Source: a virus. Taken from it: DNA of 64,000 nt. Position 1 is the stretch's first letter, and each line of letters opens with the position of its first letter. Of this stretch, positions 7,564 to 15,838 are shown one piece after another. A program made the translations under genes and the position numbers. The stretch lies in the IMG/VR virus record IMGVR_UViG_3300045988_140928, positions 88,692 through 152,691 of that record; one strand, written 5' to 3'. The notes beneath the pieces were generated by a model. It searched no databases and had not been told where the DNA came from. It saw nothing but the letters and a program-made list of their open reading frames with translations.

Positions 7564-8034
7564 ATGGCGAAGACAGTTTACTTTTGTGCAGGATGGTTTA
7601 GTGATAAGCAACAAAAGGCTTATGATAAGAGTATGGAAGCTATTAAAGCTAATCCAACAGTAGACGTTACTAACTCTTATATTCCACTACAGCACCAATA
7701 TAAAGGGTTACGAGTAGACGAACACCCAGAACTATTAGAAGATAAAGAATGGGCTAATGCAACTTATAAGGGTGATTGCGTAGGTGTCTCTACTTCTGAT
7801 GTTTGCTTGGTTACTTATATACCAGAGGAAGAAGATGTTGGAGTAGGCGTAGAACTGGGTATGGCAGAAGCTTTGGGTAAGTATATTGTGATTGTTATTC
7901 CAGACGAGGATTGGGGTAAGCCTATTAACCTTATGACTTACGGAATTGCTCATAATTTTATCAAACAATCTGAATTAGCTAAGTTTGACTTTAATAAACC
8001 AACATTTAACTACTATGAAGGGGCTGTTTACTAA
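7564..8034 (+). CDS. nucleoside 2-deoxyribosyltransferase (Lactobacillus NDT type)
   Basis: YFCAGWFSDKQQKAY...YKGLRVDEHPE...YIPEEEDVGVGVELG...VIPDEDWGKPINLM...FNYYEGAVY is near-collinear with the L. leichmannii NDT sequence as recalled. Confidence 0.85.
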   Translation: MAKTVYFCAGWFSDKQQKAYDKSMEAIKANPTVDVTNSYIPLQHQYKGLRVDEHPELLEDKEWANATYKGDCVGVSTSDVCLVTYIPEEEDVGVGVELGMAEALGKYIVIVIPDEDWGKPINLMTYGIAHNFIKQSELAKFDFNKPTFNYYEGAVY

Positions 8035-8213
8035 TCAAAGTTTTTGCAATTATTCTACTGTTAGTTTGGCTGATTAGTTTCGGGTTATATGATTTAAAGT
8101 CGCTGTTTAAAAGGATAGCTTATCCATTTAAACAGCTTGATGAAGAAGATCATGATAATTTCGGTATCTTAGATGATGCTTATAATTTATCAACTTTCAA
8201 GGGTCGAGTATAC

Positions 8214-8495
8214 TTGTTATTAACTAGCTGGGTACTTGAAATTATTGTGTTCTTTCTCTTATGGGGTTTAGCTCACGTAGCAGGAATTGGACCTGAATTA
8301 AAATGTACTCTGTTATTATTCTTAATAGTTGGATGTCTTTTAGATTTAAACTCTAGCTACTATAAGGTTAATTACTACTTAAATGGTACTAAAGATTACA
8401 TAGGATGGTATCTAGGAAATCTAATTAGTCTGTTCTTATGTTACCTATATGGAGTGTTAATCTATCAAGTAATTACCTTAACAATACTGAATTAA
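8214..8495 (+). CDS. multi-TM membrane protein (N-terminus probably longer)
   Basis: ORF track (TTG start). The same frame is open from 8035 and encodes an extra hydrophobic helix, but it has no ATG, GTG or TTG. Confidence 0.55.
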   Translation: MLLTSWVLEIIVFFLLWGLAHVAGIGPELKCTLLLFLIVGCLLDLNSSYYKVNYYLNGTKDYIGWYLGNLISLFLCYLYGVLIYQVITLTILN

Positions 8496-8506
8496 ATACT
8501 AGCTAT

Positions 8507-8535
8507 GGAGACCTACTAATTGGGTCTCTTTTTTG
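8507..8535 (+). terminator. intrinsic terminator
   Basis: GGAGACC/GGTCTCT stem followed by T6. Confidence 0.7.
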
Positions 8536-8542
8536 ATATAAT
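8534..8542 (+). promoter_or_regulatory. extended -10 promoter element (TGATATAAT) for pnuC-like gene
   Basis: TGnTATAAT lies directly after the terminator and about 80 nt upstream of the 8623 start. Confidence 0.45.
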
Positions 8543-8622
8543 AAGTAAGATGTTTAGTTTCCACTAAGCGGATAAGGCTTATTTTAGTAAGACCTAATAA
8601 AGATTAAGGAGATGGATGGTTA

Positions 8623-9384
8623 GTGGATAATGCAGTAAGCACAGACAGTAAGATTGCTTGGTATTCGGTATTTAAGCCTAGTTGGTACCTATCACAGATG
8701 AAAGGTTGGTCAACTCGTTCTTATTTCTTATTAATTCTTGGGCTTGGCTTAATTGTTGGGATGACAATTGGTGGGGGACAGTTCAACACTGTTACTATTG
8801 CTACTCTTTTTGCTGGAGTATTAGGATTTACTTGTACTCTTTCAATTACTAATGCTAAGCCACTTAATGGGGTTTTAGGTTTAGTTTCAGCACTTATTTA
8901 TATTTTTGTTGCTATTCAAGCTAAGAATTTTAATGACGTATTACTTCAAACTGTTTACATTATTACTTTAGATTTACCGGTCTTATTAATGCCTAGCTGG
9001 GCTAAAGACGTAGATAAGAAAGTGCGATTTTTACATGAAAAGGGTAGAGGGTTGCGTAATTGGACGTTTACAATTCTTTTCTTTGTAGTAGTACTAGCTG
9101 TTCTTTATTATTCTGATACTCATTGGTTTGTTAGTCCCCGTCCTTGGATTGACTCAATTGCGGCAACTATTGGTATTACAGGAGCTTTACTCACTACACT
9201 AAGATTTAGTGAATCTTATTATTGTTGGACGATTCAGGGAATTATGTCAGTTATCCTTTGGGGTGTTACAGCATTTCAAGGTGACGCTAATTGGGTACTG
9301 TTTGTAACTTATCTATTATACCTTTCAAATGATATGATTGCTTTCTTTGATAAAGATATTAGTTGGTTCCATCATAATAAGTAA
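8623..9384 (+). CDS. pnuC: PnuC-like nicotinamide riboside transporter
   Basis: 253 aa, about 7 TM segments, Trp-rich helices (SESYYCWTIQGIMSVILWGV). Size and pattern fit the PnuC family. GTG start. Confidence 0.55.
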   Translation: MDNAVSTDSKIAWYSVFKPSWYLSQMKGWSTRSYFLLILGLGLIVGMTIGGGQFNTVTIATLFAGVLGFTCTLSITNAKPLNGVLGLVSALIYIFVAIQAKNFNDVLLQTVYIITLDLPVLLMPSWAKDVDKKVRFLHEKGRGLRNWTFTILFFVVVLAVLYYSDTHWFVSPRPWIDSIAATIGITGALLTTLRFSESYYCWTIQGIMSVILWGVTAFQGDANWVLFVTYLLYLSNDMIAFFDKDISWFHHNK

Positions 9385-9389
9385 TTAGT

Positions 9390-9419
9390 AAGGATAAGTG
9401 TAAAAACTTGTCCTTTTTG
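9390..9419 (+). terminator. intrinsic terminator
   Basis: AAGGATAAG/CTTGTCCTT stem followed by a T run. Confidence 0.65.
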
Positions 9420-9468
9420 TATTGACTTTGTTTTAATTATGAATTAAATTATATATGTATAAGAGGAG

Positions 9469-9690
9469 GTGATAAATATTTATGAAGTTAATTACAGTTT
9501 ACTCAAGGAAAAACGTAAGGAAAAAGGATTAACCTTAAATGATATGGCTAAAGTTTTAGGTTTAGGTAGTGAAGCGGCTTATTATTATAAGGAAACTGGT
9601 AAGAATGCTTTTTTAGATAGGGATATAGCTATAATTGTTCCTTTATTAGGTATTACGTTTGACGAATTTTTTAAGAAAAAGAAATTTTAG
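9469..9690 (+). CDS. XRE-family HTH protein (paralog of 11142..11357; true start possibly ATT 9478)
   Basis: KGLTLNDMAKVLGLGSEAAYYYKETGK is a typical Cro/C1 HTH. The GTG at 9469 overlaps the AGGAGG SD. Confidence 0.7.
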   Translation: MINIYEVNYSLLKEKRKEKGLTLNDMAKVLGLGSEAAYYYKETGKNAFLDRDIAIIVPLLGITFDEFFKKKKF

Positions 9691-9785
9691 TAAGATGTGT
9701 GCAATTTTGCGCAGGTGTTTATTATATAAGATATAAAAAAGTAGACTGATAAATAATTCAGTCTACTTAGGAGGTTATATAAAGA

Positions 9786-11051
9786 ATGAATAAATTTAAA
9801 TATGCTAATAAAGATATTCATATCTTCGCTATTAATGATAACATATATTTAAATCTTAGGGAAATCTATAAAATTCTTAAAATAAGTAATTATCAGCAAT
9901 ACTTTAAGTCTATTAGTAAAGAACATACTAGATTACTGTCATACAGTAAGGCAAATAAGAATGTATTTGATGAGCTTAATTATAATAGAAAGCAAAGTGT
10001 GTATTTAGTAGATTTGCAATGGGTATTAGATAATAGTCTAAATGTTAATAACAAATTCAGGTCTACTTTGATTAAAGCTGGGTCTCAAGAAGATGAAGTC
10101 AGTAAGGATAAAGCTATTATAGGTGTTCCAGAGAAAGTTATTTCTGAGTTAGATACTCATCTGGGTAAAATTTTTAACTACAAGAGTAATGATATTAGAA
10201 CTGTAATTTTAGACAGCGAATTATGGTTTCTTGCGAGTGATATAACTAGGATACTAAATTATAGAAATGTTTCTGATGCTCTCTATAAACATGTAGAAAA
10301 AGATGACCTCAAGTCCTTGTCTCCCAAGGTTTATCGCGATTCGCTAACAACCTTTTGGAATAATGAGAATGATTATAGAAATAAATCTATTATTAATATA
10401 TCTGGTCTGTTTTCTTTAATTATGGGAAGTCAAATGGAGGAAGCTAAGGACTTTAAGCACTGGGTTACTCATGAAGTTTTAGGTAGTATTTATAAAACAG
10501 GATCTTATATTGACCCCACTCTTCAAAAGAAGCAACCTACAGCTCTTGTTTTAGAAAATCAAAAATTGAAAGAAGAAGTTGTTTCTTTAAAAGATGAGAA
10601 TCTTAAATTATTAAACGAAAGCAATGAGACGCTAAGAAAGTATGCTAAGATTCTTGAGGAGGGTAGAAATAAGCAGTTACAGGTAAATGAAATTAATAAC
10701 AGCGATATTAACCATTTGTCCAATAATGATAATTCAAAATATCAATTATCGTTTTACGCAAAAGGTAGAACAGTTTATCTTAGTGAGTTTGCTAAAGCTT
10801 TTTCAGAACTACATAATGTTAGTTTAGGTAGAAATAGTTTGTTTAAGTTTCTTAGAGACCATAAGATTTTCAGAGGTAAGAGAAGTCCTAAGTATAACCA
10901 ACCTACTAAACAGTATGAGGATAAAGGCTATTTTAAAGTAACTGATTCAAAAACTGGTGATTATAAAGTTACTAAGCTAACTTATAATGGTCAAGTTTGG
11001 TTAGATAAGTTCTTGCAAGGGAATAGAAAGTTGTCTAAGTATTTAAACTAA
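9786..11051 (+). CDS. Bro-N / KilAC (ANT) domain antirepressor-like protein
   Basis: The central region FNYKSNDIRTVILDSELWFLASDITRILNYRN..DALYKHV is Bro-N-like. There is a coiled coil. The C-terminus (LSEFAKAF...LFKFLRDHKIF...YNQP...GYF...G..WL) is KilAC/ANT-like. Confidence 0.65.
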   Translation: MNKFKYANKDIHIFAINDNIYLNLREIYKILKISNYQQYFKSISKEHTRLLSYSKANKNVFDELNYNRKQSVYLVDLQWVLDNSLNVNNKFRSTLIKAGSQEDEVSKDKAIIGVPEKVISELDTHLGKIFNYKSNDIRTVILDSELWFLASDITRILNYRNVSDALYKHVEKDDLKSLSPKVYRDSLTTFWNNENDYRNKSIINISGLFSLIMGSQMEEAKDFKHWVTHEVLGSIYKTGSYIDPTLQKKQPTALVLENQKLKEEVVSLKDENLKLLNESNETLRKYAKILEEGRNKQLQVNEINNSDINHLSNNDNSKYQLSFYAKGRTVYLSEFAKAFSELHNVSLGRNSLFKFLRDHKIFRGKRSPKYNQPTKQYEDKGYFKVTDSKTGDYKVTKLTYNGQVWLDKFLQGNRKLSKYLN

Positions 11052-11059
11052 CTAGTTAA

Positions 11060-11090
11060 AAGGATAAGAATAAAAAAAACTTATCCTTTT
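11060..11090 (+). terminator. intrinsic terminator
   Basis: AAGGATAAG/CTTATCCTT perfect stem followed by TT. Confidence 0.65.
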
Positions 11091-11141
11091 ACTATTGATT
11101 AAATGTAATCACTGTGATAACATTAATATTGTTGAAGGAAG

Positions 11142-11357
11142 GTGTTAATTATTGAAAAGATAAATTTAGAAAAGATTAAGACTGCAAGAACTAAACAACA
11201 TCTTACATTACAGGACTTAGCTGATAGCTTAAATCTAAGCCATCGTGGTGTATATGCTTTAAAAGAGCAAGGTAAACGTTCTTTTAAGGTAGACGAGTTA
11301 CCAATCTTATGTAAGGTGTTGCACTTAACGTTAGACGAAATTTACACGAAAGAATAA
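11142..11357 (+). CDS. XRE-family HTH protein (paralog of 9469..9690; true start possibly ATT 11151)
   Basis: QHLTLQDLADSLNLSHRGVYALKEQGK is an HTH. The GTG overlaps the GAAGGAAGG SD. Confidence 0.7.
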   Translation: MLIIEKINLEKIKTARTKQHLTLQDLADSLNLSHRGVYALKEQGKRSFKVDELPILCKVLHLTLDEIYTKE

Positions 11358-11370
11358 GGATAGGAAGTTT

Positions 11371-12333
11371 ATGTTTGAATTTAATTATCACGATACATAC
11401 GTATATGTAGTTAACTATAATGGTAAATATTGGGTAGACTGGAAACTACTAGCCTCTCCAGTATTTGATGAAGTCAATTATCAAAAATCAATGAAAAATA
11501 ATTTTGCACTAGATTGTCGATTAATATTAAAAACATCTATTCACAAAGATGATCTACCGAACTTGTTTAAAATTTACTTAGGTAAGTCATGTTATTTAGT
11601 AGAATTAAATGCTTTAACAGAATATTGTGTTAATTCTGGCCCAATGGAATTTATTGACTTTATCTTTGACGTAGTTATTCCAAAGATTAATAAGACAGAT
11701 CATGTACATATTGATTGTAAAACAGATAAACTTGTTAAACGTAATTCTAAAAAAGAACAACCCGAAAAGGTAAATGTAGATCTAACTAAGGTTTTATCAA
11801 GTATCGAAGAATTAAAAAAACATCAGCAGATTATTGAAGAAAAACTAGATAAATCTTTAGCTAATACTCCTCATTTATCTGCTAATGACCAAGAACTAAT
11901 TCGACTATATCAAGAAAATCAAGCTTTATCATCTATTAATAATTATGCTCCAGTTTCTGAATCAAAATCATCTCATTCTCAACCTGTAAAGCGAGTTATG
12001 GTTGATCTTAGTAAGGAAACAAGTAAAAGCTTAAAAGACGATAACTCCATGACTATTGCTGATTTCCTACAATCTTTTAATGCTATTTATAATTTATTCT
12101 ATACAGAAGAAGAAGTTATTAAGATTTTAAAAGATAGTAAGCAATTAGGAAGCAGTAACAGGATGCCTACTTATAACCAGCCTATTAATAATGCAAAGTA
12201 TCGTCATTATTTTGTTAATGGTAGTGCGCCTAAAGGCCAAGTACCTAAGCTTTCTACAGCCGGTCAATTGTGGCTAGAAAAGAAGTTATTAAGATTTGCT
12301 AAGTTTAATAGTATGAAGGAGTTGCCAGACTAA
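11371..12333 (+). CDS. KilAC/ANT-domain protein (paralog of 9786..11051 without clear Bro-N)
   Basis: The C-terminus IADFLQSFNAIY...ILKDSKQL...YNQP...YF...G..WLEKKL parallels the C-terminus of 9786..11051. Confidence 0.6.
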   Translation: MFEFNYHDTYVYVVNYNGKYWVDWKLLASPVFDEVNYQKSMKNNFALDCRLILKTSIHKDDLPNLFKIYLGKSCYLVELNALTEYCVNSGPMEFIDFIFDVVIPKINKTDHVHIDCKTDKLVKRNSKKEQPEKVNVDLTKVLSSIEELKKHQQIIEEKLDKSLANTPHLSANDQELIRLYQENQALSSINNYAPVSESKSSHSQPVKRVMVDLSKETSKSLKDDNSMTIADFLQSFNAIYNLFYTEEEVIKILKDSKQLGSSNRMPTYNQPINNAKYRHYFVNGSAPKGQVPKLSTAGQLWLEKKLLRFAKFNSMKELPD

Positions 12334-13469
12334 TGAAAGCTTTAGTATGTGGAGACGTACACTTAACTAATTATGGAATGTTTAATGAACCAACAGATGA
12401 TCCAGCAGTAGGTTCTCGTTTATCTTATATCTTAGAGGCGTTAGATGATTTCTTTACTTATGGTAAGGAAAATAACATTAATACATATATCATTAATGGA
12501 GACCTATTTGACTCCCGCCAAAGTGATAATCCAACTACGTTAGCTCATATCCGTAAGCATTTTATTACTAGTTTTAGAAACTTAACTAACCTTAATGGGG
12601 TTACGTTATATCTAAATTCTGGTAACCATGATCAACTTACCCGTAGCGTTACTCCAAACAGCCTAGAGGATTTTGAGCTATATTCTACTGATACTCATAA
12701 GATTAAAGTAATTAATGCAGTTACTCCTATTCAGGTAGATAACAATACTGAATTGTTCTTTGTTCCTTATGATGAGGATATTAAGAATACTAAAGAAGCT
12801 ATTAAAGATTATCTTTATAATCATCCTTTCAATGGCTCAGTTAATGTTTTCGCTCACTTAGGTGTAACAGGAGCTACCCAAGGACGCTGGAACCATCGTT
12901 TAGGGGGATCATTTAACTTGGACGATTTAGGTTGGAATGCACCTAATGTAAAGTCAATTACTTTGTCACATTATCATACTCGCCAGAGTCTTAAAAAAGA
13001 GGGTACTAAAGACGCTTATTATATTGGTGACTTAACTGCTCTTAATTTTAATGATATTGGTAGCAATGGGTTAGGCGTATCTCGTGGATTTGATGAAATT
13101 GATTTAGATACAGGAGAGCATAAGTTTATTGACTTAACAGAAGCCCCTTATAATATCCCTACTTTTAATCAAATTAATTTAGATACAGATGATACTTTTG
13201 ACTTAGCTACACAAGTAGATGGTCATTCTTATTATAAGGTTAGTTGTAAGTCAAAAGATACTTATGAACGTCTATCTAAAGAATTAACAGATAATCCTAT
13301 TGCTCCTCGTGTGCAATTAATCCTTTTGCCTCAAGAACAACGTGTTACAATTGATGTAGACGCTAATGCTACTGATACTGAATTAGTATCAAAATATTGT
13401 GATTTGAATTATCCAGAAGTTAAGGATAAAGCATTAGACTACTTAAGAAAGGCAAAAGAAGCAGAGTGA
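12333..13469 (+). CDS. calcineurin-like metallophosphoesterase, SbcD/Mre11-type exonuclease
   Basis: Motifs CGDVH, NGDLFD, SGNHD and FAHLG are present in the canonical order. Confidence 0.75.
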   Translation: MKALVCGDVHLTNYGMFNEPTDDPAVGSRLSYILEALDDFFTYGKENNINTYIINGDLFDSRQSDNPTTLAHIRKHFITSFRNLTNLNGVTLYLNSGNHDQLTRSVTPNSLEDFELYSTDTHKIKVINAVTPIQVDNNTELFFVPYDEDIKNTKEAIKDYLYNHPFNGSVNVFAHLGVTGATQGRWNHRLGGSFNLDDLGWNAPNVKSITLSHYHTRQSLKKEGTKDAYYIGDLTALNFNDIGSNGLGVSRGFDEIDLDTGEHKFIDLTEAPYNIPTFNQINLDTDDTFDLATQVDGHSYYKVSCKSKDTYERLSKELTDNPIAPRVQLILLPQEQRVTIDVDANATDTELVSKYCDLNYPEVKDKALDYLRKAKEAE

Positions 13470-15283
13470 TTACTTTAGAACTAGGAAACATTTTCGTTAA
13501 GTTAGTTTTTGAAAATGTGAATGATAAAACAATTGAATGGGTTTGGAGTCAAATACATACTACCTTTGATCCATTAGACCCTGAAAGATTTAGGAAACGC
13601 CTTTATAACCTTCGGAAAAGTGACGGAAGTCGGGTATGGGATGGAAGAGTTAACTTATGTGAGGAGAAAGATCATTTAGTACCATTAGGGTTTTATGATA
13701 GATTAATGGTACTTATGAGAAGTATTGAACAATCTTCTGGAATTGTAGTTAAGGTAGTAGATAAACGAGGATTTGCTTTACACTTTGAACTTCCTCGGGA
13801 AGTGAATTTAGATGGTCATGGAAAAGAAAAAGATTTAACTTTGCGTGATTATCAATACGAAGCAGTACAGCAAGTTAATATTGAGCAATCTGGAATTATT
13901 CTAAACGCTGTGAACGCAGGTAAAACCGCATCTGCCGTCACTCTATTTAAATACTTATTACCTAAGATTAATGAGGGACAGCATTTACTTTTTATTGCCC
14001 CTAATAAGAGTATTATGAATCAGATCTACCTTAAATATCAGCACTATTTATCAGAAGATATTGTTGGTATCTGGGGTGATGGTAAAAAAGATATTAACCG
14101 TCCTATTATCTGTGCTACTATTCAGACTTTATCTTCTGCAATTAAAGAGCCAAAGACTAAGCCTACCAGAAAGAGAGATAAGTTATTAGGTCGTTTTGCT
14201 GAACGCTATGCACCTGCTATTTTAGAGTCTGGTGATCCTCGATCTAATCTTGAGTTATTAGCTAGGAATTTTCATCCTAACTATAAGTATGAACAAGACG
14301 ATATTGAGGAATTACGTAATCTTTATATGAATTTACAAACATCTGATGATGTAAAGGATTACTTTGAGGGTGTACAAAAGCGTTATAAGAAATTACTTTA
14401 TTCCTTAAATGAAGAGGCTTATGAAAAGTATTATGATGCTATTGACCTCTTGAATAATACTAGAGCAGTAGTTTGTGATGAAGCTCATCGTGCTGGTGCA
14501 GAGTCTTATTGGAAGGTATTTCATTACTTAACTAATGCAAGAGTTAAGGTAGGTCTAACGGGTACTTTAGATAAGACTAAGAAAATTAGTATGGCTCACA
14601 TTCGTGGATTGTTTGGAAAAGACTTAGTAAAAGTCACTAATAAACAGATGATTGAACGGGGCGTGTCTGCTAGACCTCATATTCGTTTAGTACCAATTGA
14701 TAAGCCAACAGATCTCGAACCTCGTATTCAAGCTACAATGATGGCTAAGGGCTATTCCCAGCTACCTACTGCTGATTTGATGTCTTATCAGATTGCATAT
14801 GATCTAGGAGTAGTTCATAATGAGTACCGTAACCGTATTGTTGCTGAACTAGCTTATAAGGCTTCTTCTAAGCTAGATAAGCAAGCCGTGTTGATTATGG
14901 TTACATCTATTGAGCACGGAGAATTGATTGGAGAACAATTAGATAAATTAGGTGCAGAATACCAATTTTTACAGGGTAAAGATAATAGTGATACCCGAGA
15001 AAAAGCAATTGATGATATTGTTAGTGGTAAGCTTAAGATTGTAATTGCTACTAAGATTTTTGAAGCTGGGATTGATATTCCAAACTTAAAGGTACTAATC
15101 CTTTGTGATGCCTTAAAGTCTTATATTTCTGTTATTCAAAAGATTGGACGTGTATTGCGGGTAATGCCTGATAAGCGAGACGTGTTTATCTTTGATATAG
15201 TAGATAGAACACAAAACTCATTATTTAAACACGCCCAAGATCGGGTGAGGTATTATAGAGACGAAGGTTTTGAAGTTAAATAA
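13466..15283 (+). CDS. superfamily 2 DEAD/DEAH-box DNA helicase
   Basis: Walker A NAGKTA, DEAH (VCDEAHRAG), TGT, and motif VI QKIGRVLR. Confidence 0.85.
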   Translation: MITLELGNIFVKLVFENVNDKTIEWVWSQIHTTFDPLDPERFRKRLYNLRKSDGSRVWDGRVNLCEEKDHLVPLGFYDRLMVLMRSIEQSSGIVVKVVDKRGFALHFELPREVNLDGHGKEKDLTLRDYQYEAVQQVNIEQSGIILNAVNAGKTASAVTLFKYLLPKINEGQHLLFIAPNKSIMNQIYLKYQHYLSEDIVGIWGDGKKDINRPIICATIQTLSSAIKEPKTKPTRKRDKLLGRFAERYAPAILESGDPRSNLELLARNFHPNYKYEQDDIEELRNLYMNLQTSDDVKDYFEGVQKRYKKLLYSLNEEAYEKYYDAIDLLNNTRAVVCDEAHRAGAESYWKVFHYLTNARVKVGLTGTLDKTKKISMAHIRGLFGKDLVKVTNKQMIERGVSARPHIRLVPIDKPTDLEPRIQATMMAKGYSQLPTADLMSYQIAYDLGVVHNEYRNRIVAELAYKASSKLDKQAVLIMVTSIEHGELIGEQLDKLGAEYQFLQGKDNSDTREKAIDDIVSGKLKIVIATKIFEAGIDIPNLKVLILCDALKSYISVIQKIGRVLRVMPDKRDVFIFDIVDRTQNSLFKHAQDRVRYYRDEGFEVK

Positions 15284-15307
15284 ATTTGAAAGGTTCTAGG
15301 TTGGTTA

Positions 15308-15832
15308 ATGGCAGTTAAAAATTATGAACAATATACAGTTACCGAACACGCTAAGAAACGGATTTTAACTCGCTTTAATATTACTAATAAAGAATTTGAT
15401 GAGTGGTTAGCCCGTTTACTTTCTCAGTGCACCTATTTAGAAACGCAGGATAATAAGCGAGTACGTTATCGTTTAAATGATATTATTGTAGTTACTGATC
15501 CAAAACAGCATACAGTGGTAACTGTTTATTCACAAAATGAAAATGAGATTGAGATCTCATCAGCACCAACGAACCCAGAAATACAAACTGTAATTAAAGA
15601 CGCATTAAATGAATATATGAATAAGAAGAAAGTGTCATTAGCTATTAAACTTCAAGAGTCCTTACAACAGGCTTATGACGCTAACCAGCGAATGGTTAAT
15701 CCTTATTCTAATTACCGTTATACAAATAAATCTTGGGACGAGTTTTGTAAGGCTTATGAAACTATTACATCTATTGTTGAAAGTGGTAAGTCTTTACTAA
15801 AAGAAGCGGAGTCTAAGATTAAGGAAGGATAA
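15308..15832 (+). CDS. hypothetical protein (N-terminus weakly DUF4258-like)
   Basis: ORF track. TEHAKKRILTRFNIT resembles the HA..R...R.I motif. This is a weak match. Confidence 0.6.
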   Translation: MAVKNYEQYTVTEHAKKRILTRFNITNKEFDEWLARLLSQCTYLETQDNKRVRYRLNDIIVVTDPKQHTVVTVYSQNENEIEISSAPTNPEIQTVIKDALNEYMNKKKVSLAIKLQESLQQAYDANQRMVNPYSNYRYTNKSWDEFCKAYETITSIVESGKSLLKEAESKIKEG

Positions 15833-15838
15833 AGTTAT

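Noticed and set aside
4328-8000. Antisense ORFs 4328..4513, 7291..7524 and 7735..7968 (-)
   Set aside because: They lie opposite well-supported plus-strand genes (including the NDT gene). They have no SD and are shadow frames typical of AT-rich DNA.
9469-12333. Lysogeny module (repressor/antirepressor)
   Set aside because: XRE and Bro/KilAC genes alone are common in virulent phages. No integrase, excisionase or CI-like repressor with a peptidase domain is present in the window.
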